Origin: the human T2T-CHM13v2.0 reference genome, Homo sapiens
Assembly (NCBI RefSeq): GCF_009914755.1
Contig: NC_060937.1
Strand: one strand, 5' to 3'
DNA: 64,000 nucleotides
In this document: positions 61,016 through 64,000 of the stretch, one piece after another
Numbering within the stretch: position 1 is the first letter of the stretch
How the letters are laid out: the number at the start of each line of letters is the position of its first letter
Position numbers and translations under genes: made by a program
Notes under the pieces: generated by a model
Told to the model about the DNA's origin: nothing
What the model saw: only the letters and a program-made list of their open reading frames with translations
Database searches by the model: none

Positions 61016-61536
61016 TGCATAGATATTAAAAATCTTCTATGAACAAAGTTTGGACTCTTAGTACGTTTTCTTAACTGTACTCTCCACTTGTAAAATTATT
61101 ATTTTTTCTTTTTCTCCTACATCCATGGAGAAAGAGGAAAGATATGATGTCAATATATGCTAAAGTTTAAAATAGATTTAAATAGTAGAAGAATCAATAT
61201 AAATTTTGAGAAAACTAGAGAGAAAAATGTGTGCTCTATACTAGGATCCATTTTTAATGATTAGAAATATTTCATAATTTAAAAAAACCTTTTCTGATAG
61301 CCCTCTTAGCTATAGCTGATCAGACATGAGGTAAATTTATCTCAAGAATTCTATGAACAAGTTATCTATGCTGGGATGGGTTTTTATTATATGAATTCTA
61401 ATTTCCTTCTAAGCACTCTCTAACTCTCACATAATGCAAAGTATGAATTTGTTGCAAGCTACATAAATTTTTTAATAAATTAATACCAGTTACACCAGGT
61501 GCTCTTGAAAACCAGTGGGGAACATGTTTCTGATAC

Positions 61537-64000
61537 TGCATGAGTCCATTCTTGCATTGCTATATAGAAACACCTGAGGCTGGATAATTTATAAGAAAAT
61601 AAGGTTTATTTTGACTTACGGTTCTTCAGTCTCTACAAGAATTTGGTGCCGACATCTGCTTCTTGTGATGGCCTCAGGAAGCTTACAATCATGGAGGAAG
61701 GCAAAGGGGAACCAGCATGTCACATGGCAAAAGAGGGAGCAATAGAGAGAAGGGGGCAGTCCTAGACTCCTTTAAACAACCAGATCTTGCACGAGCAATA
61801 AGTGAATAAGAATTCACTTATTACCAAAAGGATGGTGTTAAGCCATTCATGAGGGATCTGTTTCTATGAGCCAATCACCTCCCACCAGGTCCCACCTCCA
61901 GTATTGGCAATCGCATTTCAACATGACACACTGGGGCCTGTTGGGGGGTGGGGGAGGGATAGCATTAGGAGAAATACCTAATATAAATGAGTTGATAGGT
62001 GTAGCAAATCAACATGGTACATATATACCTATGTAAAAACCTGCATGTTGTGCACATGTACCCCAGAACTTAAAGTATAATAATAATAATAAAAAGAAAT
62101 TTGGAGGAAACATCCAAACATCATCATTCTACCCATAGCCCCTCAAATTTTATGTCCTTCTCACATATCAAAATACAATAATGCCTTTGCAATATGTCCC
62201 CAAATCTTAACTCATTCCAGCATTAACTTAGAAGTCCCAAGTCCAGCCTCATCTGAAGATGAGTTCTTCCTACCAATTTGCCTGTGAGACCAAAATCAAA
62301 TTATGCATTCCTAAGATACAATGATGGTACCAGCACTGGGTACATATTTTGATTCAAAAATGGAGAAACTGGCCAAAAGAAAGGGGCAATAGGCACCACA
62401 CAAGTCTGAAACCCAATAGGACAGTCATTAAGTTTTAAAGCTCCACAGTAATTTCCTTTGACTCCATGTTCTACATGCAGGGTATAGTGGTGTGATGGGT
62501 GAGCTTCCAATGCCTTGGGCAGCTCTGCCCCTGTGGCTTTGACTGATGCACCTCATGGGCCTTCTCTAATGGGTTAGAGTCCAGTGCTTGTGGCTTTTCT
62601 AGGCTAAGGATGCAAGCTGCAGCTGGCTTTATATTCATGGGTGGAAGATGGCAACCCCCTTCCCACAGCTCTACTAGGCAATGCCCTGTTTAAGATTCTG
62701 TATGGGGGCTTCAACCCCACATTTCCCGTTGGTTCTGCCCTAGTAGAGGCTCTCTGTGAGGACTCTGTCCCTGTGGCAGTCTTCTGATCAGGCACCCAAG
62801 CTTTCCCATAACCCCCCTGAAATCTATGTGGAAGCTGCCAAGTCTCCTTTACTTTTATATTTTGTGTGCCTGCAGGCTTAACACTATGTGGAAGTCACCA
62901 AGGCTTACAGTTTGCACCATCTGAAGCAGTGGCCTGAGACCCTTTGAGTCTGAGCTCCTTTCAGCTGAGGCTGGAGCCAGAGTGACAAGAATGTGGAGAG
63001 CCATGCCTTGAAGCTGTGCAGAGCAGTGGGGCACTGGGCCTGGCCCCTGAAACCATTCTTTTCTCTTAGGCTTCTGGGCCTATGAAGAGAGGGTTTGTTC
63101 TAAAGACCTCTTGAAATGGCTTTGAGGACATTTTCCCATTGTTAGTCATGCTAATCTCTCTAGCAAGTCCTTCCTCCACAGCCTTTTTGGATTCTTTCTC
63201 TACCACAGGGCCAGGCTGCAAAGTTTCAAGCTTTTATGCTCTTCCTCCTCATTAAATATGAGTTCCAAATTTAGTTGTTATTATTATTATTTTTTACTCC
63301 TGTATCATATCATAGGCTGTTAAGGGCAGTCAGGCCACATCTTGAATGTTTTGCTGCTTAGAAATTTCTGCCACCAGATACCCTAGGTCATTACTCTTAA
63401 GTTTAAACTTCCACAGATCCCTAGGGAATGAACACAATGCAGCCAGGTTATTTGCTAAGGTGTAATATGGCTGACTTTACTCCAGTTCCCAATAATATCT
63501 TCATTTCCATCTGAGATCTCATTTGCCTAGATTGCACTGTCCATATCTCTATCAGAATTTTGGTCACAACAATTGAACCCGTCTCTAAGAAGTTCCAAAA
63601 TTTCCTCATCTTTCTGTCTTCCTCTGAGCCCTCCAAATGCTTCCAACTTCTGCCTGTACCTAGTTCCAAAGAAACTTCCACATTTTCTCATACTTTTATA
63701 GCAACACTCTGCTCTAGCTACCAATTTTCTGTGCTAAGCTGTATTGTGTTGCTATAAAGAGATACCTGAGGCTTGGTAATTTATAAAGGGAAGAGGTTTA
63801 TTTGATTTATGGTTCTGCAGGCTGTACAGAAAGCATGACACCAACATTTACTCAGATTCTGAGAAGGGCCTTAGGAAGCTTACAATCATGGCAGAAGGTA
63901 AAGTGAAAAGCCATATTGTCAAATAATGAGAGTGGGAATGAGAGAGATGATGGCCCTAGACTTTCAAACCAGAGGATCTCACATGAACTGAGGGAGAATG
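61537..64000 (-). mobile_element. MST (MSTB-like) MaLR provirus: 3' LTR 61537-62126, internal 62127-63729, 5' LTR from 63730 to beyond the window
   Basis: Two same-orientation LTRs (ttgctata.aga.acctgaggct.g.taatttataa; caggaagcttacaatcatgg); typical MaLR internal sequence and accaattttc|tg junction. Confidence 0.92.
61927..62099 (+). mobile_element. Short L1PA 3' end inserted in the MST LTR
   Basis: cactggggcctgttgggggg..gggatagcattaggagaaatacctaat ... agaacttaaagtataataataa. Confidence 0.92.

Overview
AT-rich, CpG-poor primate (human-like) genomic DNA. The Alu subfamilies (including AluY), L1PA, THE1, LTR12 and MER4 elements point to a primate, probably ape or human, origin. I find no intact protein-coding gene. 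The supplied ORFs are Alu, L1, ERV or microsatellite translations, or chance ORFs. The left ~20 kb is mostly unique sequence with scattered SINEs and MaLRs. It holds two well-formed minus-strand candidate exons (7917-8036 and 275-414) and one weaker one (3358-3464), which could be the 5' UTR of a gene continuing left of the window, or a lncRNA. From ~27 kb onward the window is dominated by nested transposons: a 5'-inverted L1PA, a MER50/LTR9 fusion, an ERVL pol remnant containing L1 containing AluY, a near full-length old L1MA, an old L1 carrying three MER4 LTRs plus an LTR12, and a complete MST MaLR provirus. The most notable unexplained structure is a hairpin with 46-bp arms at 56876-56984. 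Repeat subfamily names come from recalled consensus sequences and should be confirmed with RepeatMasker/Dfam. I see no convincing evidence of a novel biological system.
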